Of a DNA stretch of 46,572 bases, positions 1-7,709 are shown piece after piece. The position numbers and the translations under genes were made by a program. Each line of letters starts with the position of its first letter. The stretch's first letter is position 1. Source of the stretch: a virus (Duplodnaviria > Caudoviricetes); the IMG/VR virus record IMGVR_UViG_3300027653_000019, positions 1-46,572 of that record; one strand, written 5' to 3'. The notes below the pieces were generated by a model that was not told the origin of the DNA, did not search any database, and was given only the letters and a program-made list of their open reading frames with translations.

Positions 1-801
1 CGACGCCGACGCCGGGACGATGAACACCCCGGCACCGGCGAGCCGGGAATCAACCTGGGCGCTAATGTGCATCGTTAGCCCGACCAGTTCCCGCAGCACG
101 GGCAGGGATGAGCGGGTGGGGGAGTCGGCCTCCCACGCCCGCCGCGGATGCGGATGCCACACGCGGATCAGGTACAGGTCGTCGGGGGACGCCTCGACGG
201 TCACGTTCTCCGCCAACCGTAGTTTCGCGGTGCCCTGCGCCGTCGTAGACACCTCCGACGTCGACAGCATCCGCCACTCAAGGTCGTCCAGGAATAGTTC
301 ATCGCCCTGCCGCCAGTCGGCCCGCGGTTCCTGCGTCCGGTGCTCCTCCGGTAGCAGGCCCGAGGGGATACCCACCAGCCACCCCTCCCCCGCGATGGAC
401 AGGTTCACCGCGAGGCGCCGCAGCAGTTGCGTCCGTCCGACCGCGGACCCGCCGAGGGCGTCCAGCACGCCAGCAATCGTCGGGTCCTCAACCGCCTCCG
501 GGCCGTCAAGCATGTCCCCGACCCGGCCCACGTATAGCAGCGCCTGCGACAGCCGGTTAGCGAGAGTGTTGGTGAGGAATCGTTGCTCGCCCACCAGGTC
601 GAGCATGTCCCACGCGTCCTCCTGCCAGTCCTGATTAGCCGCGGACCACCGGCGCCCTTTCAACGCCTCCGACGTGAGCCGGGACGCCGACGCCAACAGC
701 GTCGTCATCGGTTTCGGTGACCCCACCGCTCTCACCGGGGGTGGATGGAGCATCGACGCGGTACTAACCCCCGCCGCCGCCGCCGGTCCATACAGTGCCA
801 T
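1..801 (-). CDS. Portal protein, N-terminal part (runs off the window; missing from the ORF track)
   Basis: Manual translation from ATG at 801: MALYGPAAAG...WQEDAWDMLDLVGEQRFLTNTLANRLSQALLY...RVWHPHPRRAWEADSP...DSRLAGAGVFIVP, which has the motifs of cluster-B-like actinophage portals. Confidence 0.85.
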   Translation of the reverse strand, partial: MALYGPAAAAGVSTASMLHPPPVRAVGSPKPMTTLLASASRLTSEALKGRRWSAANQDWQEDAWDMLDLVGEQRFLTNTLANRLSQALLYVGRVGDMLDGPEAVEDPTIAGVLDALGGSAVGRTQLLRRLAVNLSIAGEGWLVGIPSGLLPEEHRTQEPRADWRQGDELFLDDLEWRMLSTSEVSTTAQGTAKLRLAENVTVEASPDDLYLIRVWHPHPRRAWEADSPTRSSLPVLRELVGLTMHISAQVDSRLAGAGVFIVPASAS

Positions 802-812
802 CGTGCCCTCCG

Positions 813-1214
813 TCAGTCGATACGACTAGACACGTGCCCGATCACGTAGTTCATGCCTAGCCCGGCGGCCAGGAACCGCCACACCGCCAGGGTAGCGGGC
901 CACCGCCGCGCCACCAGGTAGGACGTGATCGCGGCGAACCCGACCCAAGTGCCGACGCAGTAGGGGCAGTCCAACCCGGACACCAGCTTCGACCGCCACC
1001 CGTGGTCCGGGGAGAAGTCGGTCGGGACCGCCACACGCTCCAACCGTCCCCCCACCCACTGCGTCTGCTCCCGCGTCGGGGCCTCACGTTGTCGCGCCCA
1101 CTCTCGTGCGGGGTCGGCTATGAGCCAGCCGCCGAGGGTGTCGGATGTGAGGAAGCGGGTCGTGCGGGCGGTGGCGGCGAGGATGAGGGTGGCGTCTGTG
1201 GGTTTGATGGCCAT
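813..1214 (-). CDS. DUF1360-like membrane protein
   Basis: Hydrophobic segments, RFLTSD and CPYCVGTW motifs; sits just upstream of the portal. Confidence 0.75.
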   Translation of the reverse strand: MAIKPTDATLILAATARTTRFLTSDTLGGWLIADPAREWARQREAPTREQTQWVGGRLERVAVPTDFSPDHGWRSKLVSGLDCPYCVGTWVGFAAITSYLVARRWPATLAVWRFLAAGLGMNYVIGHVSSRID

Positions 1215-1221
1215 GCGTGGC

Positions 1222-1234
1222 ACCGTACTACGTA
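1222..1234 (-). promoter_or_regulatory. Putative leaderless late promoter (CGTAG-TACGGT, 7 nt before ATG)
   Basis: Shares the 10-mer TACGTAGTAC with 14267-14276; the gene has no SD. Confidence 0.45.
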
Positions 1235-1278
1235 GCCATGTTTTCGTGCGGGATGTGGGGGGGGGTGGCTGTGGGTGT

Positions 1279-1458
1279 TTATTCGTTGTGCCATTCGTGT
1301 TCGGTGTCGCATGTGGGGCAGGCCCAGGTGCCGGTGTGGCCGTGGATGGTGATGTCGTGGTCGTTGTCGTAGCCGCAGTGGCAGGTGACGGGGGCGGTGA
1401 TGGTGTAGTCGTCGATGCCGCTCCCGGTCATGGGCAGGCCGTCGTAGTAGAGGCTCAT
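1279..1458 (-). CDS. Small Cys/His-rich protein (CHC...CPTC)
   Basis: ATGA overlap with upstream gene; MSLYYDGLP... Confidence 0.7.
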   Translation of the reverse strand: MSLYYDGLPMTGSGIDDYTITAPVTCHCGYDNDHDITIHGHTGTWACPTCDTEHEWHNE

Positions 1459-2030
1459 CGGTTCCCACCACCTTCGAGCAGCGCCAGCACCGCATCGGCG
1501 GTGTTGAGTGCGTCGCGGCAGGTGGCGCAGTTCTCGGGGTCGAGGCTGTCCTCGTAGCCCTGCGGCACTTCCCAGCCGTCGTGGTGGATGACGGCGGCGA
1601 TCTGCTCGCGGGTGGGGCGGGTGCGGGCCGTGGCGAGCAGGCCGGCGTCCGCGAGCGCCTGGGCGATCTCCTGCGGGCTGCTCGCACCGCCGTAGCACGC
1701 ATCATCAATGACCCGTGCCGCGTCCTCGGTGGTGGCGGTGGTCGTCTCGGCGCGGCAGTCGTCCTGTCGCGTGCCGCAGCCGGTGCAGTAGGAGTGCATG
1801 GCCCCGCAGCCGCAGATGGTGCGGTCGAAGTCGCCACTGTCGCACTCGTGCGCGGTGGTCGTCTCGGCGCGGGCAGCGGCCCACGCTGGCTCTGGGGGCG
1901 TAGTACCAGCTGCGGTGAGTCCGCAGCGATTACACCAGGGCGGCTTCCCGTCGCGGTGCTGTACCGGCTTGTGGTCGGGGCACTGCCCGGCGCGGGCGTT
2001 GTCGGTGACGGACAGGTCGGCGGCGGTCAT
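1455..2030 (-). CDS. Modular accessory protein (MTAAD family), Cys-rich modules
   Basis: ATGA overlap; shares linker peptides and DNA with 2697..3407. Confidence 0.8.
   Translation of the reverse strand: MTAADLSVTDNARAGQCPDHKPVQHRDGKPPWCNRCGLTAAGTTPPEPAWAAARAETTTAHECDSGDFDRTICGCGAMHSYCTGCGTRQDDCRAETTTATTEDAARVIDDACYGGASSPQEIAQALADAGLLATARTRPTREQIAAVIHHDGWEVPQGYEDSLDPENCATCRDALNTADAVLALLEGGGNR
1611..1661. repeat. 51-bp perfect direct repeat, copy 1 (copy 2 at 2721-2771); encodes QALADAGLLATARTRPT
   Basis: ggtggggcgggtgcgggccgtggcgagcaggccggcgtccgcgagcgcctg at both sites. Confidence 0.95.
1714..1754. repeat. 41-bp direct repeat, 1 mismatch (copy at 2869-2909; partial copies near 1851, 2390, 2530); encodes RAETTTATTEDAAR
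   Basis: Direct comparison of the sequences. Confidence 0.9.
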
Positions 2031-2218
2031 CGGGCGTCTCCTTCCTGAACGCACTCAGGGCACAGGTCTGTGGTGTCGGTGGACGTCCAGCCCGGCGCGC
2101 GGGTGGTGGCGGTGATCCGCTCGGCATCGACGCTGTGGGCGGACGTCTCGTAGTAGTCGACGTCCCAGTTGTCGCAGTCGTCGCCGTCGCAGTGGAGGGT
2201 CGGGATCGTGGAGCGCAT
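2027..2218 (-). CDS. Small Cys-containing protein (PTLHCDG...APGW..TD..D.CP), paralog of 24716..24895
   Basis: AAGGAG SD before ATG at 2218; paralogy. Confidence 0.8.
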   Translation of the reverse strand: MRSTIPTLHCDGDDCDNWDVDYYETSAHSVDAERITATTRAPGWTSTDTTDLCPECVQEGDAR

Positions 2219-2220
2219 GG

Positions 2221-2700
2221 TCAGTTCTCCTTGGTGGTGTCGGTGGGGGCCGTGGCGAGCAGGCGGCGCAACTCCTCCCGACACTGAGCAACGGCAGACA
2301 CGCGGCCCTGGTAGTACCCGGCGTACTTGTCCGCGAGCGGTTGCTCCGTCTCCCAGCGCTCGAACCACCGGGCGTCGAGAGTCTGAATGTCCTCGGTGGT
2401 CGTCTCGGCGGGTTCGTGGGGCACGTTCCCCAGGTCGTCGGCTGGCCCTTCCTGGGAAGCCGCGCAGTTGCTGCTGCCGTCGTCGGCGATCCCCTCAGGG
2501 TCGAGGGGTAGCCCGCAGTGGACGCAGACGGTGGTCGTCTCGGTGACGGACAGGCGGTCGGCGGTCAGGGCGGCACGAAGGCGCTCAATCTCGGCTCGCA
2601 TGGCCTCCTCGTCCACCACGTAGCAGCGCCCGCAGACGAACTCCTCATCGCCGGGGGTGTGGTCGCTGTACTCGCCCTGGCCGCTGATGCACTTGCTCAT
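2221..2700 (-). CDS. Modular accessory protein (ends LLATAPTDTTKEN)
   Basis: SD and ATGA overlap at 2697-2700; carries the shared linkers. Confidence 0.8.
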   Translation of the reverse strand: MSKCISGQGEYSDHTPGDEEFVCGRCYVVDEEAMRAEIERLRAALTADRLSVTETTTVCVHCGLPLDPEGIADDGSSNCAASQEGPADDLGNVPHEPAETTTEDIQTLDARWFERWETEQPLADKYAGYYQGRVSAVAQCREELRRLLATAPTDTTKEN

Positions 2701-2727
2701 GAGGTCTCCTTGGTGGTGTCGGTGGGG
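2694..2727. repeat. Gene-junction repeat, 34 bp identical to 3742-3775; 23-bp core also at 2226-2248; contains PTDTTKE codons, AAGGAG SD and ATGA stop/start
   Basis: tgctcatgaggtctccttggtggtgtcggtgggg. Confidence 0.95.
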
Positions 2728-3407
2728 CGGGTGCGGGCCGTGGCGAGCAGGCCGGCGTCCGCGAGCGCCTGAGCGAGCCTGCGTTGGGAGTTGCGAGACG
2801 ACTCCGCCAGTTCCTCCCACGGCTTGCCCTCGGTCAGCTTGAAGCCGGTGCCGGACTCGTACAGCACTCGTGCCGCGTCCTCGGTGGTCGCGGTGGTCGT
2901 CTCGGCGCGTTGGGGGACGTAGTTCACGCCCTGCCAGTTCAGGACCGAGCCGTCCTCGGAAACGGTCAGGCCCGCAGGCGTCTCGGCGCGGCCAGCGGCC
3001 CACTCGGCACCGGCCACGAATGCGGCCTGACTGTGCTCCCGGACTGCACCGGTTGGGTAGGTCAAGCCCCGGTCGGCTACGTCGCTGGGGTAACGCCGCT
3101 CGGCCTCGGCGCGGGCGTCGTCGGTGACGGACGGGCGGGACTGCTCGCCGGGGATGTAGACGACTCGCACGCTTTTGGCGGCGGAGGCGATTTCTGTTGA
3201 TGTCCACCAGCCCTTGCCGATGAGTAGGCCGGTAGTTAGCGCTGCCCAGGGGCCGTCGCTCGCTCGGCAGAGCACAACGGGGGCGTCGCCCTTCTCGTCG
3301 TAGGGGTCAACGATGACGCTGCCAACAGGCAGCGCGTCAAGCTGCTCGGCGGTGGTGATGGTGTCCCCAACGCGGGGCGTGACGGTCGGGCGGTCAGCGG
3401 CGGTCAT
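2697..3407 (-). CDS. Modular accessory protein (MTAAD family)
   Basis: ORF track; ITTAEQLDALPVGSVI module plus the shared linkers. Confidence 0.85.
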   Translation of the reverse strand: MTAADRPTVTPRVGDTITTAEQLDALPVGSVIVDPYDEKGDAPVVLCRASDGPWAALTTGLLIGKGWWTSTEIASAAKSVRVVYIPGEQSRPSVTDDARAEAERRYPSDVADRGLTYPTGAVREHSQAAFVAGAEWAAGRAETPAGLTVSEDGSVLNWQGVNYVPQRAETTTATTEDAARVLYESGTGFKLTEGKPWEELAESSRNSQRRLAQALADAGLLATARTRPTDTTKETS

Positions 3408-3748
3408 CGGGCCACACCCGTCAGGAAGCGGACAGCCTCATCAAGGGCCGCCGGCCGCTGCGAGGCGAGCCAGTCAGGCAGGTCTGAACTGAGCGAACCG
3501 AACCCGACGCCAGACAGGCCGCCCTGGGGTGCACGGGTCTTGGGGCCGAACACCTCGACGTGCTCGAACGTCCGGTCCCACTGGCGCGAGCGCTCGTCCT
3601 CGGTGCGAGCCCACTGAGAGCCTCGGCTGATCGTCCAGCGAGCCTTCTCGGGGCGGAAGTAGCCCGTGGTGCCCCGGAGTTCGGCGGGGCCATGGTCGAG
3701 CGTCGTGAGGATCTCGACGCTGACATGGTGCGCGACGGCGGTGCTCAT
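3404..3748 (-). CDS. Hypothetical protein
   Basis: SD and ATGA overlap inside the junction repeat; MSTAVAHH... Confidence 0.75.
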   Translation of the reverse strand: MSTAVAHHVSVEILTTLDHGPAELRGTTGYFRPEKARWTISRGSQWARTEDERSRQWDRTFEHVEVFGPKTRAPQGGLSGVGFGSLSSDLPDWLASQRPAALDEAVRFLTGVAR

Positions 3749-4200
3749 GAGGTCTCCTTGGTGGTGTCGGTGGGGGCCGCCGAGAGAGCGGCGCGGAGTC
3801 GGATGACGGCGGACTGGTAGGCGAGGCAGCGAGAGCACTCGCCAGCGTTGGTGCACCGGTACGCCTCGGTGCACTCCCACTCGTCGGCGAGGGCTTCGAT
3901 GGCGGCGAGGCGGGCGGCCAGCGCGTCCCGTTCCTCTTTCAGAAACGAGAGGGCGTCCCGCCTGTTCATGTTCTCGGTGCCCTCCTCGTCCAGCGCAGCG
4001 ATGAGGCGGAGGATCGTGGCGGGGTTCGCCGCAGCAATAAACTCGGCGGCCTCGGGGAAGCCATGCAGTGGGAGCGCGCGGGGCGGGTTGAGCATGTACA
4101 CCCATGCCTCTCCGTCGTCCCGGCCGGTATCGGCGGCCCACTCCCGCGACTCGGCGGGCACCGCCTCCGCGAGGCGTGCGAGGTCATCGGCGGCGGTCAC
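3745..4200 (-). CDS. Ead/Ea22-like modular protein (MTAAD family)
   Basis: AAEFIAAANPATILRLI motif of Ead/Ea22-like proteins followed by a coiled coil; ends PTDTTKETS. Confidence 0.7.
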   Translation of the reverse strand: MTAADDLARLAEAVPAESREWAADTGRDDGEAWVYMLNPPRALPLHGFPEAAEFIAAANPATILRLIAALDEEGTENMNRRDALSFLKEERDALAARLAAIEALADEWECTEAYRCTNAGECSRCLAYQSAVIRLRAALSAAPTDTTKETS

Positions 4201-4394
4201 TGGTCGTCTCCGTTCGTGAGTTTGTCGAGCTGGTGCTCGGCGCGGCGCAGCCTTGTCCGGGCGTGAGCGATTTGCCGCCGGATCGTGTCGCGAGGCAGGT
4301 CAGCTATGTGGGTGGCGATGATCGCCTCGGCCGTAAGGTCCGCCGCTGCTTTGAGGTGGCGGCGTAGGCGGTCTAACCGGTCAGTAGCGGTCAT
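4197..4394 (-). CDS. Hypothetical helical protein (MTATDRL...)
   Basis: Overlapping stop/start at both ends. Confidence 0.7.
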   Translation of the reverse strand: MTATDRLDRLRRHLKAAADLTAEAIIATHIADLPRDTIRRQIAHARTRLRRAEHQLDKLTNGDDQ

Positions 4395-4633
4395 CGGTTC
4401 CCCCGTTCCTCGGCGCACCGGTGGCATGCACAGTTGCGTGCCAGTCGGCAATCACGGCATAGGCGCGGGTTAGCGCCATCGGGCCACTCGTGGAAGAGCA
4501 GTTCGTGGGACCGGATCGCGTGGAGCAAGATGCGATGTTCGCCAATGACGCCGCACTCTTGGCATTGCACGCGCCAAGGGCCCTCACCGACGATCCCCTC
4601 AACACTATTCGGCAGGGTAGGTAGCGGTGTCAT
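4391..4633 (-). CDS. Small Cys-rich (Zn-binding) protein
   Basis: CxxC motifs; ATGA overlaps. Confidence 0.65.
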   Translation of the reverse strand: MTPLPTLPNSVEGIVGEGPWRVQCQECGVIGEHRILLHAIRSHELLFHEWPDGANPRLCRDCRLARNCACHRCAEERGNR

Positions 4634-4845
4634 GACAGGTCCTCCGTGAACCCGGCGGCGCGGGCGACCTCGTGGAAGGTCGCGCCCCCTTGGAATGCCT
4701 CGCGGATGGTGGCGGTGCAGACGGTGAGGAGGTGGGGGACGCTTGCCGCGTTGGGGTTGCGTTGGGCGGCGTTACGGTAGCGGTTACTGGCGTGGGTGAG
4801 GCGACGGAGTGTGGCCACAACCTTGTCGTGGTTCACGGTGTCCAT
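4630..4845 (-). CDS. Hypothetical protein, possible C-terminal HTH
   Basis: AFQGGATFHEVARAAGFT resembles an HTH. Confidence 0.55.
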   Translation of the reverse strand: MDTVNHDKVVATLRRLTHASNRYRNAAQRNPNAASVPHLLTVCTATIREAFQGGATFHEVARAAGFTEDLS

Positions 4846-5129
4846 CCCCGCTCGGTGAGGTCTAGGACGATGTTCCATGCAATCTCCTCGGCGTCGTGGT
4901 CGACGTACCGGTCGGACAGGTGGGTTTTGATTGTGTTGACGGCCTCGACGGCGCGTGGGTTGGCGGTGATGTCCGCGGCGAGTTCACGCTCGGCGTGGCG
5001 GCGGGCGGAGTAGCCGAGGAGGGTGTTGACCTCGTTGGCGAGGATGATGCCGTCGGGGCCCGAGTTCATGAGGCGGGCGACGACACGGTTCACGAGTTCC
5101 AGCGGCACGTGCTCGGTCCAGGTGGTCAT
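4833..5129 (-). CDS. Hypothetical protein (MTTWTEHV...)
   Basis: ATG at 5129 coupled to the upstream mini-ORF. Confidence 0.7.
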   Translation of the reverse strand: MTTWTEHVPLELVNRVVARLMNSGPDGIILANEVNTLLGYSARRHAERELAADITANPRAVEAVNTIKTHLSDRYVDHDAEEIAWNIVLDLTERGWTP

Positions 5130-5170
5130 GGGGTCCTCGGGGGTGTGTTGTTGTGGGGGTGGTCGGTCAT
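5126..5170 (-). CDS. 14-aa mini-ORF MTDHPHNNTPPRTP
   Basis: Directly follows a promoter/RBS cassette; ATGA-coupled to the next gene. Confidence 0.5.
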   Translation of the reverse strand: MTDHPHNNTPPRTP

Positions 5171-5231
5171 GGTGGTCCTCCCTCTCCGTGTGTGTACTAT
5201 TAGTACCGCGTAGGGGGTGGGGGTTAGGCAA
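5171..5231 (-). promoter_or_regulatory. Early promoter+RBS cassette (TTGCCT-18-GGTACT, degenerate -10)
   Basis: AGTACACACACGGAGAGGGAGGACCACC-ATG leader. Confidence 0.7.
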
Positions 5232-5454
5232 GATTGATGCGCAACACGCACCCGCGCGGATACGTGCCCTCATCCGGCCTGTCGGGGTAATCAAACGCAT
5301 ACGCCCCCTGCGTGAGATTCCAGAAGGCCCGCACAGCCTGGTCATAGGTTGGCGCGATGACCTCCGCCCACCCGTCGGGGTGGGCCACCCACCCAAGCAC
5401 GGGGTGCAGCTCGCTGGCGTACTGAACACCGAAGGTGAAATACACGGTAATCAT
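5224..5454 (-). CDS. Hypothetical phage protein (YFTFG...HP..GW..V.A)
   Basis: ORF track; ATGA overlap. Confidence 0.75.
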   Translation of the reverse strand: MITVYFTFGVQYASELHPVLGWVAHPDGWAEVIAPTYDQAVRAFWNLTQGAYAFDYPDRPDEGTYPRGCVLRINLA

Positions 5455-5579
5455 GGCCGGTAGTCCTCCAACCCCATTAGGGCCTCACGGTCGGGGTGAG
5501 TGCGGCTGGTGTCACGGCGGATGAGCGCGAGGATCGCGGCGACCACCACGGCCCCCGCGACGGCTAAGGCGGGCCTCAT
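5451..5579 (-). CDS. Small membrane protein
   Basis: MRPALAVAGAVVVAAILALIRR; ATGA overlap. Confidence 0.6.
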   Translation of the reverse strand: MRPALAVAGAVVVAAILALIRRDTSRTHPDREALMGLEDYRP

Positions 5580-5707
5580 AGCAGGCCACCCCATACCCAT
5601 GCCCCGGCCCTCAGCAGCAGGCCGAGCACGATCCATAGCACCGTCACGCCCAGCGCCCCGGCGATGACACCGACGGCAATGATGCCCGCCCGCTCGCCCG
5701 CGCTCAT
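5576..5707 (-). CDS. Small membrane protein
   Basis: Manual translation MSAGERAGIIAVGVIAGALGVTVLWIVLGLLL... Confidence 0.6.
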   Translation of the reverse strand: MSAGERAGIIAVGVIAGALGVTVLWIVLGLLLRAGAWVWGGLL

Positions 5708-5730
5708 GCGCGCCCACGGCTTGCGCGTGC

Positions 5731-6153
5731 TCACTGGTGACCCCGGCACGCGTCCCGGCTCGCGGGGTAGTCGGAGGTGGTGATGAGCGCGTTAGCTGCG
5801 TTCATTTCACTAAGGATCGCCTCTAGCTCAACCTGGATCGCGTCCATCGTGGCGTGATCCCACGCGGCGGCGGCCTCTACGGCATCCCCGGCGAGGGTGA
5901 ACCCGTGGGACATGGTTTCGATCATCGTCGCCGAGGTGAGGATGAGGTCGTCGGCGGCGGTGAGGGCGTCAAGGCATTCACTGGGGAGCGTGGCGACTTC
6001 GACGGGGACCTCGACGGGGACCTCGACCTCTACGGTGTCGGTGACGACCCGTTCGGTTGTGTCGGCGCTCGCGGCCCCAACGGTGATACCGAGGACGAGG
6101 GCGACGGCCCCGGTGAGGGGGAGGGCCCAGCGGCGTTTAGGTTTCGTGGTCAT
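5731..6153 (-). CDS. Secreted or membrane-anchored helical protein
   Basis: Basic N-terminus plus hydrophobic segment, VEVPVEVPVEV repeat; GAAAGGA SD. Confidence 0.75.
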   Translation of the reverse strand: MTTKPKRRWALPLTGAVALVLGITVGAASADTTERVVTDTVEVEVPVEVPVEVATLPSECLDALTAADDLILTSATMIETMSHGFTLAGDAVEAAAAWDHATMDAIQVELEAILSEMNAANALITTSDYPASRDACRGHQ

Positions 6154-6320
6154 GGTGTTCCTTTCTTGGTGACGGTGGCACCGTGGTCGGTGTCGCCGTT
6201 GGTGAGTGTGCAGGTGGCGCCGGTCGATCCGGTGGCGCGGGCGATGGTCGCGGCCTCGGTGGCCTGGGTTTCGCAGTCTGCGCAGTCGGGGTGGTTCTGG
6301 TGGGTGATGGTGTAGGGCAT
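6150..6320 (-). CDS. Small hypothetical protein (MPYTITHQNHPDCADC...)
   Basis: GAGGAGG SD and promoter cassette upstream; ATGA overlap. Confidence 0.7.
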   Translation of the reverse strand: MPYTITHQNHPDCADCETQATEAATIARATGSTGATCTLTNGDTDHGATVTKKGTP

Positions 6321-6375
6321 TGCACCTCCTCGGTGTGTGTAATGCGAGTATAGCTAGGGGGGTGCGGGCCCGCAA
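6321..6375 (-). promoter_or_regulatory. Early promoter+RBS cassette (TTGCGG-17-TATACT)
   Basis: Motif family. Confidence 0.75.
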
Positions 6376-6381
6376 CTACCC

Positions 6382-6834
6382 TCAGTACTCCACCCGTTCC
6401 GTGTTCGACACCCACGCATTGAAGGGGGCCACCCCCGCGGGTCGGGCATCCCGCTCCAGCCGTAATGGGGCCACCCCCCGGACCGCATCCCAAAACACCC
6501 GATCATCGAACCCCGCCGCCGCCGCATCCTCCGGCATGGCTGCATAAACAACCCGGTCCAACCTCGCCCACATCGCGGCCGTAAAGCACATCGGGCACGG
6601 GTAGGTGGAGGTGTATAGCACTCCCCCCGACAGATCATGGGTGCCTAATCCGGCGGCGGCGGCACGTATCGCCATCACCTCGGCGTGCGCGGTCGGATCA
6701 TGGGAGGCCGTCACCCGGTTAGTGGCCTCAAACAGGCGGCCGTGCATGTCAATGACCGCACCAAACGGGCCACCCCCACCCCGCGCCGCCTGTACGGCGA
6801 GGTCGATAGCCCGACCAAGCGGATCATCCCTCAT
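6382..6834 (-). CDS. guaD: Nucleobase deaminase, guanine deaminase GuaD-like (CDA fold)
   Basis: PFGAVI, HDPTAHAE, PCPMC zinc motifs and the C-terminal AAGFDD..F motif of Bacillus-type GuaD; ATGA overlap at 6831-6834. Confidence 0.85.
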   Translation of the reverse strand: MRDDPLGRAIDLAVQAARGGGGPFGAVIDMHGRLFEATNRVTASHDPTAHAEVMAIRAAAAGLGTHDLSGGVLYTSTYPCPMCFTAAMWARLDRVVYAAMPEDAAAAGFDDRVFWDAVRGVAPLRLERDARPAGVAPFNAWVSNTERVEY

Positions 6835-7442
6835 GCCGTGAGCCGGGCGCGCCGGGCACGGCGGGCGTCGGGGTTTAGGGTGAAGCGGAAGACGGTGGCC
6901 CACAGGAGCCCGCCCAGGGTTTTCGTTGCGGCCTGGGTTGCTACCAGCGCCAGCAGTGCGGCCCAACCGCCGACACCCGTAACACCGAAGGCAACTACCG
7001 GGAAGATGAGGGAGTCGGCCACCGCCCCGGCAACGTTCGACGCGTTAGAACGGACCATCCACCGGCGCCGGAACACCCCCTGAAACACGAGGGTCTCTAC
7101 GATGGAGGAACCCGTGAGGGCGGCAACGGATGCGATGGCGATCATCCCGGCTGACTGGTCCACCGCGTAGGCGAGGACACCGGCGGCAGCAATCATTACC
7201 AGCATGCGAGGCCAGAACGATCCGCCCCGGGATGCCCAGACGTCGTGAAGGTAATCGCGGGTAACGAGGACGACACCGACGGCGACGAATGCGGTAACCG
7301 GGAGGAACCATGGCCCGAAGTGGGCGATAGCGAGGTTGGCTAGGGCCATAACGGTGACGAATATGCCGATGGTGGCATATTCGATGATGCGGTCGGTGCG
7401 GAGCCATGCGGGGCGAATGCGGGGTGAGGGGCGAAGGTCCAC
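6831..7442 (-). CDS. VUT-family (YhhQ-like) putative queuosine-precursor transporter
   Basis: Multiple TM helices; LAN, RD.LH, RSNASN..GA..DS.IF..VAFG motifs; AAGGAG SD. Confidence 0.75.
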   Translation of the reverse strand: MDLRPSPRIRPAWLRTDRIIEYATIGIFVTVMALANLAIAHFGPWFLPVTAFVAVGVVLVTRDYLHDVWASRGGSFWPRMLVMIAAAGVLAYAVDQSAGMIAIASVAALTGSSIVETLVFQGVFRRRWMVRSNASNVAGAVADSLIFPVVAFGVTGVGGWAALLALVATQAATKTLGGLLWATVFRFTLNPDARRARRARLTA

Positions 7443-7478
7443 GGGGGCGCTCCTTGACGAGTTATGCCGGGGTCTCGG

Positions 7479-7528
7479 CGGGGCGCGCCGTGCGCCCCGG
7501 TTCGCATCCTAGTAGGACGGAACCGGGG
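7479..7528 (-). promoter_or_regulatory. Two overlapping, mutually exclusive hairpins upstream of the VUT gene
   Basis: ccccggttc(7495-7503)/gaaccgggg(7520-7528) and cggggcgc(7479-7486)/gcgccccg(7492-7499) share 7495-7499. Confidence 0.5.
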
Positions 7529-7537
7529 ATGTATGGG

Positions 7538-7645
7538 TTAGCGGCACTCGACGCAAAGGTTGAGGGTCTCGCCGTCCAGCTTGACGGTGATTGTCCCGGT
7601 GAAGTCCTCGCAGCCGTCGCAGAACATGGTGTCGGTGTGGTTCAT
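7538..7645 (-). CDS. 35-aa Zn-ribbon micro-protein (CDGC...CVEC)
   Basis: Manual translation MNHTDTMFCDGCEDFTGTITVKLDGETLNLCVECR; cassette upstream. Confidence 0.75.
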   Translation of the reverse strand: MNHTDTMFCDGCEDFTGTITVKLDGETLNLCVECR

Positions 7646-7704
7646 GGTGGTCTCCCCTCGGCGTGTGTGCTATCAGTATAGCTAAGGGGTGGGGGGTGTG
7701 GCAA
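7646..7704 (-). promoter_or_regulatory. Early promoter+RBS cassette (TTGCCA-18-TATACT)
   Basis: Motif family. Confidence 0.8.
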
Positions 7705-7709
7705 CGCCC

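Noticed and set aside
1455-4200. Repeats as a diversity-generating retroelement or integron
   Set aside because: No reverse transcriptase or tyrosine recombinase in the window, no adenine-specific mismatches, no attC-like palindromes
7443-7537. Canonical preQ1 riboswitch
   Set aside because: Lacks the A-rich 3' tail and loop consensus of preQ1-I; kept only as an unexplained structure
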